From positions 56,653 to 120,652 of the forward strand of contig JACRBE010000047.1 of the NCBI GenBank assembly GCA_016213235.1: a stretch of DNA of 64,000 nucleotides, in the 5' to 3' direction. The notes beneath the pieces were generated by a model. The model worked only from the letters and a program-made list of their open reading frames with translations, did not search any database and had not been told where the DNA came from. Positions 1-11,309 of the stretch are shown here, piece by piece. This DNA comes from Chlamydiales bacterium (GTDB lineage Bacteria; Chlamydiota; Chlamydiia; Chlamydiales; JACRBE01). The first letter of the stretch is position 1, and the number at the start of each line of letters is the position of its first letter. Position numbers and translations under genes: made by a program.

Positions 1-3000
1 GGACATACTCTTTACTCGTTTAGAGTGATTCCATATAGAGGAAGCTGGCTAGAAGCATCCTTTGATTCTAATGACCTTGTATACATTTATGTAGATAAGA
101 AAAAAAGAAGAAGAAAAGTCTTAGCAACATCATTTATCAGAACTCTTGGATACTCCACGGATTCTGATATTATTGAAGAGTTTTTTAGTACGCGCAGAAT
201 CAAAATTAAAACAGATAAAGATTTTACACGAGTTGTAGGTAAAATATTGGCAGAAGATGTGGTAGATGAACAATCAGGTGTTGTTTATGGAAAATCTTCT
301 GAAAAGTTAACTACTGCGATGTTAAAGAGAATGTTAGATGCTAATATTAGCAATATTAAAATTGCAGATGATGCAGATGAAACTTCTCCCATTATAAAAA
401 TGCTTCATAAAGATCCTACCGATTCTTATGAGTCTGCATTAAAAGATTTTTATAGAAAAATCAGACCAGGTGAACCTGCAACACTTTCTAATGCCAGATC
501 ACTGATTATGCGATTGTTTTTCGATCCAAAACGATATAATTTAGGACGAGTTGGAAGATATAAACTTAACTCCAAACTAAATTTAGAAATCAATGATCAA
601 GTTCTAGATCAAGTAACATTGAGAAAAGAAGATATCATTGAGTCGTTAAAGTATCTTGTTCGTTTGAAAAATGGAGATGAAACAGCTCAAGTAGATGATA
701 TCGATCATTTAGCTAATAGAAGGGTGAGATCTGTTGGAGAATTAGTGCAAAATCAATGTCGAATTGGTCTTGCAAGAATGGAAAAAATTATCAAAGAAAG
801 AATGAATTTATTTGATTTTTCTTCCGATACACTCACTCCAGGTAAGCTGATTTCAGCAAAAGGACTTGCTGGGGTATTAAAAGACTTTTTCGGAAGATCT
901 CAACTCTCTCAATTCATGGATCAGGCAAATCCTGTAGCAGAACTTACTCATAAACGAAGATTATCCTGCCTAGGGCCTGGTGGTCTTAATAGAGAACGAG
1001 CTGGTTTTGAGGTGCGTGACGTGCATTCCAGTCACTATGGAAGAGTATGTCCTATCGAAACTCCGGAGGGTCCAAACATTGGTTTGATTACTTCGCTCTC
1101 TTCTTTTGCTAAAATCAATGAGTTTGGTTTTATTGAAACCCCTTATCGTATCGTTCGAGATGGTGTTGTAACAGAAGAAATTGAATATATGACAGCGGAC
1201 CAAGAAGAAAACTGTGTTATTGCACAGGCTTCTGCTCCTCTAGATGAATACAACATGTTTGTAGAAGCAACATGTTGGGCTAGAAAAAATGGAGACTCTT
1301 TAAAGGTAGATACAACTCTTGCAACTCATATGGACGTTGCACCAAAGCAGCTAGTATCTATCGTAACAGGGCTTATTCCATTTCTCGAGCATGATGATGC
1401 TAACCGTGCACTCATGGGATCTAACATGCAACGTCAAGCGGTTCCGTTACTTGTGACGGATGCCCCTGTTGTAGGTACAGGTCTGGAAGGAAGAGCCGCT
1501 AGAGACTCTGGAGCTGTAATTGTTGCAGAAGAAGATGGTGTCATTGAATATGTTGATGGCTATAAAATAGTCATTGCATCAGCAGCTAACCTCATGCATA
1601 AGAAAACGTATGAATTACGCAAATTTCATCGTTCTAATACAGGTACTTGTATTAACCAAACTCCTCTTTGTAATGTAGGAGACAAGGTTTTAGCAGGTGA
1701 TGTTGTTGCAGATGGTCCTTCTACTGATAAAGGAGAAATCGCTCTTGGTAAAAACGCACTTGTAGCTTTCATGCCATGGTGTGGATATAACTATGAAGAT
1801 GCGATTATTATCTCAGAAAAACTCATTCAGAAAGACTATTATACTTCGATCTATCTAGAAGAGTTTGAACTTGCAGCTAGAGATACTAAACTTGGTAAAG
1901 AAGAAATTACTAAAGACATTCCTAATGTGTCTGAGGAAGCCTTAAGAAACCTTGCTGACGATGGGATTATTCGTATCGGTGCCGAGGTGAAGCCAGGAGA
2001 TATCTTAGTTGGTAAAATTACACCAAAATCAGAAACTGAGCTCTCTCCAGAAGAGAGATTGTTAAGAGCAATATTTGGTGAAAAAGCATCGGATGTCAAA
2101 GATGCATCTCTTACAGCTCCTCCTGGAACAGAAGGCGTTGTAATGGATGTAAAAGTCTTCTCTAGACGTGATCGTTTATCAAAAACAGATGATGAACTTG
2201 TAGAAGAGGCAACAAAACTAAAAGATGTCCATAAGGAATACAGAGAAAAAGAAGAAACTCTCCAAATGGAGCTTCATGAGAAATTAGGAGCCCTTCTGCT
2301 TGGAGAATCTGCTCCAGAACCTATTTTACACCGTAAAACAGGTGATGTCATTATCCAAAAAGGGGAAGAAATTACCCAGGAAATGCTAGAAAATCTAGAA
2401 GCAGAAGAAATGGATAATCTCATATTCCCAGAATGTGATATTTACGAAACATTAAAAGATATCCTTAAAAAATATACAGCGGTATTCCAAAAACTGCAGG
2501 TCGATTACAAATCTGAAATCGAATATCTCAAAAAAGGAGATGCAGAATTAGAACCAGGCGTCATCAGACAAGTAAAAGTTTATATTGCAACAAAACGTAA
2601 ACTACAAGTCGGTGATAAGATGGCGGGACGACATGGTAACAAAGGTGTCGTATCTAATCTCGTACCAGAAGCTGATATGCCTTATTTAAGTGATGGAACA
2701 ACAATAGAAATCATTCTAAACCCACTAGGGGTTCCTTCACGGATGAACATGGGACAATTATTAGAAACACATCTTGGTTTCGCTGCTAGACAGTCAGGAA
2801 TCTATGTGAAGAGCCCAGTGTTTGAAGGCTTCCCAGAATATCAAATTTGGGACATGATGAAGAATCTTGGATACCCAGAAGATGGAAAATTACATCTCTA
2901 TGATGGAAGAACTGGTGAAAGATTTGATAATAGAGTCGTAGTAGGTTATATCTACATGCTCAAACTATCGCATCTTGTAGCAGATAAAATCCACGCAAGA

Positions 3001-3312
3001 GCAATTGGTCCATACTCTTTAGTTACCCAACAACCTCTCGGCGGTAAAGCGCAAATGGGGGGACAACGTTTTGGTGAAATGGAGGTTTGGGCTCTAGAAG
3101 CTTATGGTGCTTCTCATCTTCTTCAGGAAATGCTTACTGTAAAATCAGATGATGTTTCAGGTAGAACGAGAATCTACGAATCTATTGTTAAAGGAGACAA
3201 TACGTTAAAAGCTGGTACTCCAGAATCATTTAACGTGCTTGTTAAAGAAATGCAAGGTCTATGCCTTGATATTCGTCCTGAGCAAGAAGAATTAGAAGAT
3301 TTATTTAATTAA
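1..3312 (+). CDS. rpoB: DNA-directed RNA polymerase subunit beta, 5'-truncated by the window edge
   Basis: Frame 1 is open from nt 1 ([18 protein letters not shown]). The start at 25 in the track is an internal Val codon. Hallmark beta-subunit blocks are present: [77 protein letters not shown]. rpoC follows directly. Confidence 0.98.
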   Translation, partial: GHTLYSFRVIPYRGSWLEASFDSNDLVYIYVDKKKRRRKVLATSFIRTLGYSTDSDIIEEFFSTRRIKIKTDKDFTRVVGKILAEDVVDEQSGVVYGKSSEKLTTAMLKRMLDANISNIKIADDADETSPIIKMLHKDPTDSYESALKDFYRKIRPGEPATLSNARSLIMRLFFDPKRYNLGRVGRYKLNSKLNLEINDQVLDQVTLRKEDIIESLKYLVRLKNGDETAQVDDIDHLANRRVRSVGELVQNQCRIGLARMEKIIKERMNLFDFSSDTLTPGKLISAKGLAGVLKDFFGRSQLSQFMDQANPVAELTHKRRLSCLGPGGLNRERAGFEVRDVHSSHYGRVCPIETPEGPNIGLITSLSSFAKINEFGFIETPYRIVRDGVVTEEIEYMTADQEENCVIAQASAPLDEYNMFVEATCWARKNGDSLKVDTTLATHMDVAPKQLVSIVTGLIPFLEHDDANRALMGSNMQRQAVPLLVTDAPVVGTGLEGRAARDSGAVIVAEEDGVIEYVDGYKIVIASAANLMHKKTYELRKFHRSNTGTCINQTPLCNVGDKVLAGDVVADGPSTDKGEIALGKNALVAFMPWCGYNYEDAIIISEKLIQKDYYTSIYLEEFELAARDTKLGKEEITKDIPNVSEEALRNLADDGIIRIGAEVKPGDILVGKITPKSETELSPEERLLRAIFGEKASDVKDASLTAPPGTEGVVMDVKVFSRRDRLSKTDDELVEEATKLKDVHKEYREKEETLQMELHEKLGALLLGESAPEPILHRKTGDVIIQKGEEITQEMLENLEAEEMDNLIFPECDIYETLKDILKKYTAVFQKLQVDYKSEIEYLKKGDAELEPGVIRQVKVYIATKRKLQVGDKMAGRHGNKGVVSNLVPEADMPYLSDGTTIEIILNPLGVPSRMNMGQLLETHLGFAARQSGIYVKSPVFEGFPEYQIWDMMKNLGYPEDGKLHLYDGRTGERFDNRVVVGYIYMLKLSHLVADKIHARAIGPYSLVTQQPLGGKAQMGGQRFGEMEVWALEAYGASHLLQEMLTVKSDDVSGRTRIYESIVKGDNTLKAGTPESFNVLVKEMQGLCLDIRPEQEELEDLFN

Positions 3313-3319
3313 TTTCAAT

Positions 3320-3341
3320 GGGCCTGTATTTTTATAGGCCC
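3320..3341 (+). promoter_or_regulatory. Intercistronic stem-loop between rpoB and rpoC
   Basis: GGGCCTGTA-tttt-TATAGGCCC forms a 9-bp stem (one G-U pair) with a 4-nt loop, 8 nt after the rpoB stop. No U-tract follows, so it is not a classical terminator. It could be a processing or attenuation element. Confidence 0.3.
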
Positions 3342-3376
3342 TTGAATGAAAAAGAATTACCCTTTTAGGAGAAATA

Positions 3377-6300
3377 ATGTACCAAGAAGATTTTGAAGAG
3401 TCTCATTTTGATAAACTAACTATCAAAATTGCATCAGATGATGTCATTCGTAATGAGTGGTCAAGGGGTGAAATAAAAAAACCAGAAACGATCAACTATA
3501 GAACCTTCAAACCGGAGAAAGGTGGACTTTTCTGCGAGAAAATATTCGGACCTTCTAAAGACTGGGAATGTGCTTGCGGAAAGTATAAAAAGATTAAACA
3601 CAAAGGAATCGTGTGTGATCGTTGTGGTGTAGAAGTTACCCTATCTAAAGTTCGTAGAGAAAGAATGGCTCATATAGAATTAGCCGTTCCTGTTGTGCAT
3701 ATTTGGTTCTTTAAGACCCAACCCTCTCGTATAGGAAATATTTTGGGTCTGTCTACTTCTGAATTAGAAAGAGTTATTTATTACGAAGAATTCATTGTAG
3801 TTGATGCAGGTAGAACAGATTTAGAAAAAAAACAGCTATTAAATGATGTAGAATACAGAGAAGCTCAAGAAAAATGGGGCCCAGATTCGTTTAAAGCGAT
3901 GATGGGAGCTGACTCGTTGCGAGAGCTATTAGAAAGTGAAGATTTAACCATTTTAGTAGAAGATCTAAAAGATAAACTACGAAAAACAAAATCTCTTCAA
4001 GCAAGAATGAAAATTGCAAAGAGATTGAAAATTGTAGAAAGCTTCATGAACTCCCCAAACCGTCCAGACTGGATGGTAATGCATGCTATTCCTGTAATTC
4101 CTCCAGATCTAAGGCCACTTGTTCCATTAGATGGTGGTAGATTTGCTACATCAGACCTTAATGACCTTTACAGAAGAGTAATCAATAGAAATAACAGACT
4201 TAAATCGATTTTAAAGCTAAAAACTCCAGATGTAATTATTCGTAATGAAAAGAGAATGCTCCAAGAGGCTGTAGATGCTCTTTTTGATAATGGTCGTCAT
4301 GGACACCCAGTAATGGGAGCCGGAAACCGCCCATTAAAAGCTCTTTCTGAGATGTTAAAAGGAAAAACAGGTCGCTTTAGACAGAACCTACTTGGTAAAA
4401 GGGTAGATTATTCTGGTCGTTCTGTTATCGTTGTTGGCCCTGAATTGAAATTCAATCAATGCGGTATTCCAAAACAGATGGCTCTAGAATTATTCGAGCC
4501 ATTTATTGTAAAACGATTAAAAGATCGAGGATTTGTTTATACCATCAGATCCGCAAAGAAGATGATCCATCGCGAAGATCCCGAAGTATGGGATGTATTG
4601 GAAGAGATTATCAAAGGACACCCTGTATTACTGAACAGGGCTCCAACATTGCATCGACTCGGTATTCAAGCATTTGAGCCAGTTCTAATAGAAGGTAAAG
4701 CAATTCGCATCCACCCTCTTGTTTGCACTGCATTTAACGCAGACTTTGACGGGGACCAAATGGCGGTACACGTACCACTTTCTGTAGAAGCTCAGCTGGA
4801 AACAAAACTCCTCATGATGGCACCAGATAATATTTTCTTGCCATCGTCTGGTAAACCAGTAACGATTCCTTCTCAAGATATGATTTTGGGACTTTACTAT
4901 CTCATGTATGATCCTATTGTCTTCCCAGAAAAAGAAGGTAGAAAAACAAAAATCTTTTCTTCTACACAAGAAGTGTTGAATGCTTTTTATGCTTCTGGAA
5001 GCTACAACTGGTATGCTAAAGATTTAAAAGAGGGAGAAAGGGTAGATAATTTGGGTAGGGGATTACATATCCATGAACTCATCAAATTAAGATTAGATGA
5101 TGGCATTATTGAAACAACCCCTGGGCGAGTTATCTTTAATACCATCGTTCCAAAAGAAGTTGGATTCCAAAACTATGGTCTTCGCAAGAAGAAAATGAGT
5201 GAACTTGTTAGCATTATTAAGAAAAAAGTAGGGCTTGAGGCCACTGTTCAATTCCTTGATAATGTTAAAGACCTTGGATTCTCCCATGCTACAAAAGCTG
5301 CTCTTTCTATGGGTGTCTGCGATGTAGTTATTCCAAAAGAAAAACAAAAGATCATGGACGAAGCCCATAAGAAAGTAGAAATAGTTATTAAGCAATATGA
5401 AGATGGTATTATCACCGGGGGTGAACGCCATTCCAAGATTATTAGTATTTGGACAGAGGCAACAGAGGCTGTGTCAGAGGAACTCTTTAAGTTAATTAAG
5501 GAGCCAAAAAATGGAGAATTAAATCCATTATTCTTGATGATGGACTCTGGCGCCAGAGGTAATAAATCACAGGTTAAACAGCTTGGAGCTCTCCGTGGAC
5601 TCATGGCAAAACCATCAGGTGAGATTATTGAATCTCCAATTACCTCTAACTTTAGAGAAGGATTAAGTGTTCTTGAATACTTTATTTCTTCTCACGGTGC
5701 TCGTAAAGGTCTTGCAGATACTGCTCTTAAAACAGCTGACTCTGGTTATTTGACAAGAAGACTCGTTGACGTTGCACAAGATGTACTTGTTTCTGAAGAA
5801 GATTGCGGCACCCTCAATGGTATTGAAGTGTCAGCAATTAAACAAGGTCAAGAAGAATTACTTGCTCTGCGAGATAGAATTGCTGGAAGAACAGTATGTG
5901 ATAATATCTATATGCCTGGCGACCAAACAAAAATGCTTGCAAAAGCAGGGGATATTTTGACTGCAATACAATCAGAGGTGATTGATGATGCCGGTATTGA
6001 AGTCATTAAAATCAGATCTACTCTTACTTGTGAAACAAAACGAGGAATATGTGCAAAATGTTATGGTACTAACCTTGCAAACGGAAAAACCATAGCCCTT
6101 GGAGAAGCAGTCGGTATTATCGCAGCGCAGTCCATCGGGGAACCAGGTACTCAGTTAACAATGCGTACGTTCCACTTGGGAGGTATTGCTTCTGCTAACG
6201 TTTCTCCAGAACTTGTTGCTTCCGGCAATGGTATATTAGTATATATCGACCTAAGAACAGTAAGAAATGAAGAAGGTATTTGGCTTGCACTAAACAAGAA

Positions 6301-7540
6301 TGGATTTTTACATGTAGTAAGAGATGAAGGAAGATCGTTGGATGAATATAAGAAATTATTGAACTCCAAATCGATCGAACCTCTTCAAACATTCCAGATC
6401 GAACTTGGTACGCAGATTCTTCTTGAAGATGGCTCTAGAGTAAAACCAGGTCAAAAAATTGCTAGCTTTGAGCAGCATAATATTCCAATCATCTGTGAAA
6501 AACCAGGTTTTGTAAAATATGAAGACCTAGTAGAAGGTATCTCGACACAAAAGTCTATCAACAAGCAAACCGGACAAATAGAATTTGTTGTAAAGCAACA
6601 CAGAGGGGAGTTACATCCACAAATCGTTATCTATGCAGATAGAGAATATAACGAATTGGTGGGTACCTATGCTGTACCATCTGGAGCTTTTATCTCCGTA
6701 GAAGAGGGAGATAAAGTAGCAGCTGGTATGATTTTAGCAAGACTGCCACGTGGTGCAATTAAGACAAAGGATATTACCGGGGGTCTTCCAAGAGTTGCAG
6801 AGCTTTTTGAAGCAAGAAGACCAAAAGATGCGGCAGAAATTGCTAAGATCGATGGAGTTGTGGACTTTAAAGGAGTTCAAAAGAACAAACGTATTGTTAT
6901 TGTTCGCGATGAAATATCAGGTATGGAAGAGGAGCATTTAATTCCTCTTACAAAGCACCTTATCGTTCAACGTGGTGACCAGGTAATCAAAGGTCAACAA
7001 TTAACAGATGGTCTTGTTGTTCCTCAAGAGATTTTGGATATTTGCGGTGTACGTGAGCTGCAAAAATATCTTGTTAACCAGGTACAGGAAGTGTATCGCC
7101 TGCAAGGGGTAGATATTAACGATAAACATATTGAAATTATCGTTAGACAGATGCTCCAAAAAATCAGGATCACAGATCCAGGTGATACAACATTCCTATT
7201 TGGTGAAGATGTTGATAAGAAGATATTCCATAATGCCAATAAGAAAGTAATATCAGAGGGTGGAAAACCAGCTCAGGCAGCTCCTGTGTTACTTGGTATT
7301 ACAAAGGCATCTCTTGGTACAGAATCCTTTATTTCAGCTGCATCTTTCCAAGAAACGACAAGGGTTCTTACAGATGCTGCGTGTGAAGGTAAGACAGACT
7401 TCCTTCTTGATTTCAAATCCAACCTTATCATGGGACACATTATTCCAGGGGGTACAGGATTCCCAGATTACTATAAACGGGTAAGAAAACTCGTAGATAG
7501 AGAAGAAGAAGAAGAAATGGAATTTGTATTTAACGATTAA
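3377..7540 (+). CDS. rpoC: DNA-directed RNA polymerase subunit beta-prime
   Basis: 1387 aa. It carries the N-terminal Zn-binding cysteines (CACGKYKKIKHKGIVCDRCG), the catalytic NADFDGDQM motif, RAPTLHRLGIQAFEP and the trigger-loop/bridge-helix blocks. An AGGAG Shine-Dalgarno lies about 7 nt upstream. Confidence 0.98.
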   Translation: MYQEDFEESHFDKLTIKIASDDVIRNEWSRGEIKKPETINYRTFKPEKGGLFCEKIFGPSKDWECACGKYKKIKHKGIVCDRCGVEVTLSKVRRERMAHIELAVPVVHIWFFKTQPSRIGNILGLSTSELERVIYYEEFIVVDAGRTDLEKKQLLNDVEYREAQEKWGPDSFKAMMGADSLRELLESEDLTILVEDLKDKLRKTKSLQARMKIAKRLKIVESFMNSPNRPDWMVMHAIPVIPPDLRPLVPLDGGRFATSDLNDLYRRVINRNNRLKSILKLKTPDVIIRNEKRMLQEAVDALFDNGRHGHPVMGAGNRPLKALSEMLKGKTGRFRQNLLGKRVDYSGRSVIVVGPELKFNQCGIPKQMALELFEPFIVKRLKDRGFVYTIRSAKKMIHREDPEVWDVLEEIIKGHPVLLNRAPTLHRLGIQAFEPVLIEGKAIRIHPLVCTAFNADFDGDQMAVHVPLSVEAQLETKLLMMAPDNIFLPSSGKPVTIPSQDMILGLYYLMYDPIVFPEKEGRKTKIFSSTQEVLNAFYASGSYNWYAKDLKEGERVDNLGRGLHIHELIKLRLDDGIIETTPGRVIFNTIVPKEVGFQNYGLRKKKMSELVSIIKKKVGLEATVQFLDNVKDLGFSHATKAALSMGVCDVVIPKEKQKIMDEAHKKVEIVIKQYEDGIITGGERHSKIISIWTEATEAVSEELFKLIKEPKNGELNPLFLMMDSGARGNKSQVKQLGALRGLMAKPSGEIIESPITSNFREGLSVLEYFISSHGARKGLADTALKTADSGYLTRRLVDVAQDVLVSEEDCGTLNGIEVSAIKQGQEELLALRDRIAGRTVCDNIYMPGDQTKMLAKAGDILTAIQSEVIDDAGIEVIKIRSTLTCETKRGICAKCYGTNLANGKTIALGEAVGIIAAQSIGEPGTQLTMRTFHLGGIASANVSPELVASGNGILVYIDLRTVRNEEGIWLALNKNGFLHVVRDEGRSLDEYKKLLNSKSIEPLQTFQIELGTQILLEDGSRVKPGQKIASFEQHNIPIICEKPGFVKYEDLVEGISTQKSINKQTGQIEFVVKQHRGELHPQIVIYADREYNELVGTYAVPSGAFISVEEGDKVAAGMILARLPRGAIKTKDITGGLPRVAELFEARRPKDAAEIAKIDGVVDFKGVQKNKRIVIVRDEISGMEEEHLIPLTKHLIVQRGDQVIKGQQLTDGLVVPQEILDICGVRELQKYLVNQVQEVYRLQGVDINDKHIEIIVRQMLQKIRITDPGDTTFLFGEDVDKKIFHNANKKVISEGGKPAQAAPVLLGITKASLGTESFISAASFQETTRVLTDAACEGKTDFLLDFKSNLIMGHIIPGGTGFPDYYKRVRKLVDREEEEEMEFVFND

Positions 7541-7580
7541 TCGAATGACTAGTCATTAATATAGATTTTATCTATCAAAA

Positions 7581-7610
7581 GGCATAGCAATTAATTGCTA
7601 TGCCTTTTTT
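7581..7610 (+). terminator. Rho-independent terminator of the rpoBC operon
   Basis: GGCATAGCAA-ttaa-TTGCTATGCC is a perfect 10-bp stem followed by TTTTTT and preceded by AAAA, 40 nt after the rpoC stop. Confidence 0.8.
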
Positions 7611-7775
7611 GTTAATCAGGTTTAATCTTCTGTTTCACGCTCTGCTATTGTTGCCGTCCAAGTAGCACGGAGTACAGCATCAATCAAACTCTCTCCATGC
7701 CGCATTATTAGACTTCTTGCATAACTAAAAATTTTAGTATCTAATGCTTTCCTTTTTAAAGTAATGGAAGGGAAA

Positions 7776-7941
7776 ATGCAAAAATATCAAAAGACAAAAG
7801 AACTTACACAAGAAGAATTCAGAAGATTAACCGGTTAAACCGGAGACATTTCAAACGATGTTAGAGTGTTTAAAAGAGGCTGAATTGAAGAAAAAATCTC
7901 AAAGAGGGAAACCAAATCAACTCAGTATGCAAGAAGTCTAA
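7776..7941 (+). pseudogene. Relic of an IS5-family (IS427/ISL2-like) transposase N-terminus (HTH_Tnp_4 region), frameshifted and truncated
   Basis: ATG at 7776 gives MQKYQKTKELTQEEFRRLTG then a stop. The +1 frame continues VKPETFQTMLECLKEAELKKKSQRGKPNQLSMQEV then a stop. Joined, this matches the conserved N-terminal pattern K..K.L...EFKR.TGV..ETF..M...L....KK.G.P.KLS of IS5-family transposases. No DDE catalytic part follows. Confidence 0.6.
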
Positions 7942-8010
7942 TATAAAAGATGATTTATTTCTTCTAATGTTTTATAGAGCGAGAATAGAGGATGTTTGTA
8001 GGGGAATTCA

Positions 8011-9261
8011 TTGAAGGCATTAGATAAAGAGCGACGCCTGGTCATCATAGCAACGACATTTGGTAATATCATTGAATGGTATGAGTTTGGATTATACATC
8101 TACCTAGCCCCTATTATTATTAAGCTTTTTTTCAACGATTCTTCTTCCATCAGTAATATGGTCAATGGACTGCTTATTTTTGCTATAGGATTTTTATCTA
8201 GACCTCTTGGAGGATTATTATTCGGATATATTGGTGACCGCTTTGGAAGAAAAACTGCGATTATGACATCAATTACCTGTATTACTCTCCCAACATTTCT
8301 TGTCGGTATTCTACCAACCTATGCACAAATTGGTGTTTTGGCATCTACTTTTTTAGCAATTACCCGTTTTTTACAAGGTATTCCAGTTGGAGGTGAGTTT
8401 CCAGGAACCATCTGTTATTTGATAGAAAATGCGGAGCCAAAGCAAACAGCTTTTTTTGGTAGCTGGGCTTTTTTTGGGTCCCAAATTGGTAGCTTATTAA
8501 ATATTGTAGAATGTGTCCTTTTTACCAAATATCTGTCACATGAACAACTATTATCCTGGGGATGGAGGCTCTCTTTTATTGTCGGTGGACTCATTGGACT
8601 GCTGGGATTGTTTTTACGACATAAATTAAAAGAAACCCCTATTTATGAGCGCTTAAAAACTCATGAAGAAATCGTTCAATCTCCCATTCGTCAATCGTTT
8701 CGTCATTATAAGAGTAAAATGTTCAAGGGTTTTCTCGTATCAGCACTGCCACTTGCCGGATACTACATGATTTTTGTTTTTATCCCTTTCTATTTCCAGC
8801 AATTCTTACAAACCTCTTTTATACAAAGTATGATAATCAATGGTAGCTTATTACTGTTATCCACAATTCTTCTGCCGCTATATGGCAGGCTTGCCGATAA
8901 ATATAATAAAAGGAAAATACTTATTTGGAGCGCAGCTGCTATTATTTTTTTCTCTTACCCTCTTTATATATCGTTTGATAGATCTTCCGTGATACTTTTG
9001 ATCAGTATCGAGATTATTCTTGTCATTTTACTCAGCATCCATTTTGCTCTTATTCCTGATACTTTAGCGCCATTATTCCCGAGTTCTGTACGGTTTACTT
9101 GTGTTGCTTTTAGCTATAATATGTGTAATAGCCTGCTAGCAGGAGCTTCTCCTTTTGTATCGCTTTATCTTATGCAAGAAACAAGATCTCCGACTATTCC
9201 GAGCATTATGCTGATAGTTTTTTCTTTATTAACCATCTATGGTGTAATGAGAAAAAGATAA
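8011..9261 (+). CDS. MFS transporter, metabolite:H+ symporter (MHS, ProP/KgtP-like) family
   Basis: 416 aa, polytopic. The N-terminal GNIIEWYEFGLYIYLAP and loop motif SRPLGGLLFGYIGDRFGRK are typical of the MHS family. A TTG start is implied by the track. Confidence 0.8.
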   Translation: MKALDKERRLVIIATTFGNIIEWYEFGLYIYLAPIIIKLFFNDSSSISNMVNGLLIFAIGFLSRPLGGLLFGYIGDRFGRKTAIMTSITCITLPTFLVGILPTYAQIGVLASTFLAITRFLQGIPVGGEFPGTICYLIENAEPKQTAFFGSWAFFGSQIGSLLNIVECVLFTKYLSHEQLLSWGWRLSFIVGGLIGLLGLFLRHKLKETPIYERLKTHEEIVQSPIRQSFRHYKSKMFKGFLVSALPLAGYYMIFVFIPFYFQQFLQTSFIQSMIINGSLLLLSTILLPLYGRLADKYNKRKILIWSAAAIIFFSYPLYISFDRSSVILLISIEIILVILLSIHFALIPDTLAPLFPSSVRFTCVAFSYNMCNSLLAGASPFVSLYLMQETRSPTIPSIMLIVFSLLTIYGVMRKR

Positions 9262-9276
9262 AGTAAGGTGTTGGTT

Positions 9277-9891
9277 TCAAGGATTTAGTGTATTCTGTAG
9301 GTTTTGTAAACTGGTAATAACATCTTGTTGAATTTCTGAACTATTTGGATTTTCATGATAGATAGCTAGTTCTTGTTGTAGAACATTTAGATCTGCTTTT
9401 GTTTGATTTGGGTTATTGGAACAGGTTATGAGTGCATCCGTATAGCCGGGTGTACTTAGTACCCATTGCAAGATTCCTCCTATTTTCACATTTGGGTCCT
9501 CTGCAAAAGATTGAATAAGCACATCTACTGCTTGTACGATATCAGTTGGATTTTGTCCAATGCCTATCCAAGTCGCACAATCTCCGGATAATTCATAAAT
9601 AGATGGTAAAATACCAGGATTTCTTTCTACTATATAGTTTTGTAAGCCGTCTAGTAATCCTTGCAGTTCACTAGACCATGATGCTCTTTCGGATGGCTCA
9701 TAGCCAACTTGATTTGCAAGTGTTGTTAAACCACTTTTGTTATCTACAAGAAAAGCCTCAAATTTTAAAGCTTGCTTTGGTGTCGGATTTTTAATGAATG
9801 CCATATATTGGTCATTATACTGTGTCTGTAAGAAAAATTGATTAGAAGATGGTTCAAAGCCCATAGGACCACCAACAGGATGAATACTCAT
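9277..9891 (-). CDS. Hypothetical protein (orphan, no recognisable domain)
   Basis: The ORF is open to 9948, but ATG at 9891 (MSIHPVGG) has a GAGG Shine-Dalgarno 5 nt upstream. The extra 19 codons lie in AT-rich promoter DNA. No signal peptide or transmembrane segment. Confidence 0.55.
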   Translation of the reverse strand: MSIHPVGGPMGFEPSSNQFFLQTQYNDQYMAFIKNPTPKQALKFEAFLVDNKSGLTTLANQVGYEPSERASWSSELQGLLDGLQNYIVERNPGILPSIYELSGDCATWIGIGQNPTDIVQAVDVLIQSFAEDPNVKIGGILQWVLSTPGYTDALITCSNNPNQTKADLNVLQQELAIYHENPNSSEIQQDVITSLQNLQNTLNP

Positions 9892-10018
9892 AAAAACCTC
9901 ATAATATATTGTTAGCTTCATTAGTACAAAAAACAAAATTAATATCAATGTTTATAAAACAATTGATATTAGATTAATTATTTAATAACATGATTTTAAT
10001 CTGATTAATAGAAGGCGT

Positions 10019-11203
10019 ATGCGAATAAGAGGAATTATAACCGTTTATTTATCTGCACTAATACAAGGTGTTGTGCTTGTTGTCTTTCCGGCAATCAGTA
10101 GCATTTTTACCTCTGCACAAGGATTTCAGCTATCTAGCGCAGCCTATGGAAGTTTATTTATTCCTCAAGCCATCATCTCTATTATTTTTTCCCTATGGAG
10201 TACAACATTAATACGCAAAGTTACCATAAAAAAAGTGTTTTTGATAGGGCTTATCGCTAATTTAGTAGCGATGGGCTTACTTACATTCAGTTGTTTAGTG
10301 ATGAAAAACAATCATATTTCTTATGTTGTTTTATTACTTGCAACTGCGAGTCTTGGGCTTGGCTTTGGACTTACAGTCCCATGCGTTAATACCTTTGCAA
10401 CTCTCTTTTTTCCTAAAAAAATAGATGCAGCACTCCTTTTTTTAAATGCCTTACTTGGTCTAGGTACTGCAATGGCCCCTATTTTTTTTCTACTCTTTGT
10501 TGGAATGGGGTTTTGGTGGGGATTGCCACTGCTTTTGGGTACTTTAATAGTAGTTCTTATCTTGTGCAGTTATTGTTTATCCCTTACAAGTGATGCAGGA
10601 GACAAAACTACTACCTATAAACTATCGAAACTGCCAAAGCAATTTTGGATATTTGCAGCATTTGCTTTAGTATATGGCATCATAGAAACAGTGAATGGGA
10701 ACTGGGTGGTGGTTTATATGAGTAAAAACGTCAAAGAAACTGCGTTTATTGCCTCCTTATCCTTAACTAGTTTTTGGGCCATGGTTACGATTGGAAGAGT
10801 CTTTTTTGCTTTAATAGAAAAACTACTTCCTGAAAAGCGAGTGTTTCAACTACTGCCTTTTATCGCAGCAATAGGGTTTGTTTTTATTTCTTTATTGCCA
10901 CTACACAGCAAGCACCTGGGAATAATAGCCTTTGGCCTGGTTGGTTTTGGATGCTCAGCACTCTTACCGCTTATTATCAGTTTTACGAGCCAAAGCTTCG
11001 GATATATTAGTAAGACACTATCAGGAATCATCATTGCCTTTTATATGATGGGATATGGCCTTGGAGCTTTTGGGGTCGGCTCTTTGCAAGATATGTTAGG
11101 ACTTAGCCTGAAAGCTATCTTTGGCATGTCTGTCGGGATTTCTATTATACTTGGGTTTTTATCCTTTGCTATTATCAAAGTGCAGCAAACACTCTCAAAG
11201 TAG
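10019..11203 (+). CDS. MFS transporter (12-TM, unassigned subfamily)
   Basis: 394 aa and uniformly hydrophobic, with two 6-TM halves separated by a polar loop (SDAGDKTTTYKLSKLPKQ). Confidence 0.75.
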   Translation: MRIRGIITVYLSALIQGVVLVVFPAISSIFTSAQGFQLSSAAYGSLFIPQAIISIIFSLWSTTLIRKVTIKKVFLIGLIANLVAMGLLTFSCLVMKNNHISYVVLLLATASLGLGFGLTVPCVNTFATLFFPKKIDAALLFLNALLGLGTAMAPIFFLLFVGMGFWWGLPLLLGTLIVVLILCSYCLSLTSDAGDKTTTYKLSKLPKQFWIFAAFALVYGIIETVNGNWVVVYMSKNVKETAFIASLSLTSFWAMVTIGRVFFALIEKLLPEKRVFQLLPFIAAIGFVFISLLPLHSKHLGIIAFGLVGFGCSALLPLIISFTSQSFGYISKTLSGIIIAFYMMGYGLGAFGVGSLQDMLGLSLKAIFGMSVGISIILGFLSFAIIKVQQTLSK

Positions 11204-11309
11204 AACTCTATTAGATTATCTTTGTTAATCGTGGCGTAGCTGGTGTGCCAGAAAAACAACTGTTACAACCAGGACTGTTATCGGTGGTAGTGCTGGCGCT
11301 TGTTCTGCA

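Noticed and set aside
970-7484. About a dozen 60-118-aa ORFs from the track lie inside or antisense to rpoB/rpoC, for example 970-1203, 1851-2099, 4459-4677, 4685-4969, 5093-5431, 5248-5604, 5766-5960, 6151-6392, 6750-6941, 7024-7239 and 7260-7484.
   Set aside because: They lie entirely within very strongly supported rpoB/rpoC coding sequence. Their products are low-complexity or Cys/Phe/Ser-rich with no motifs. These are typical shadow ORFs.
7622-7705. A 27-codon minus-strand ORF (MRHGESLIDAVLRATWTATIAERETED) lies between the rpoC terminator and the transposase relic.
   Set aside because: It is too short, has no ribosome-binding site and matches no family I recognise. It may be another gene fragment, but I cannot support that.
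9892-9948. The ORF track suggests N-terminal extensions for many genes: 9277-9948, 13881 atpE, 14464 DUF2764, 31789, 32876, 40333, 55071, 55340, 56661 and 58925.
   Set aside because: In each case an internal ATG with a better Shine-Dalgarno or a proper signal peptide exists. The extension also overlaps the upstream gene or AT-rich promoter DNA. The shorter models are used in the feature table.
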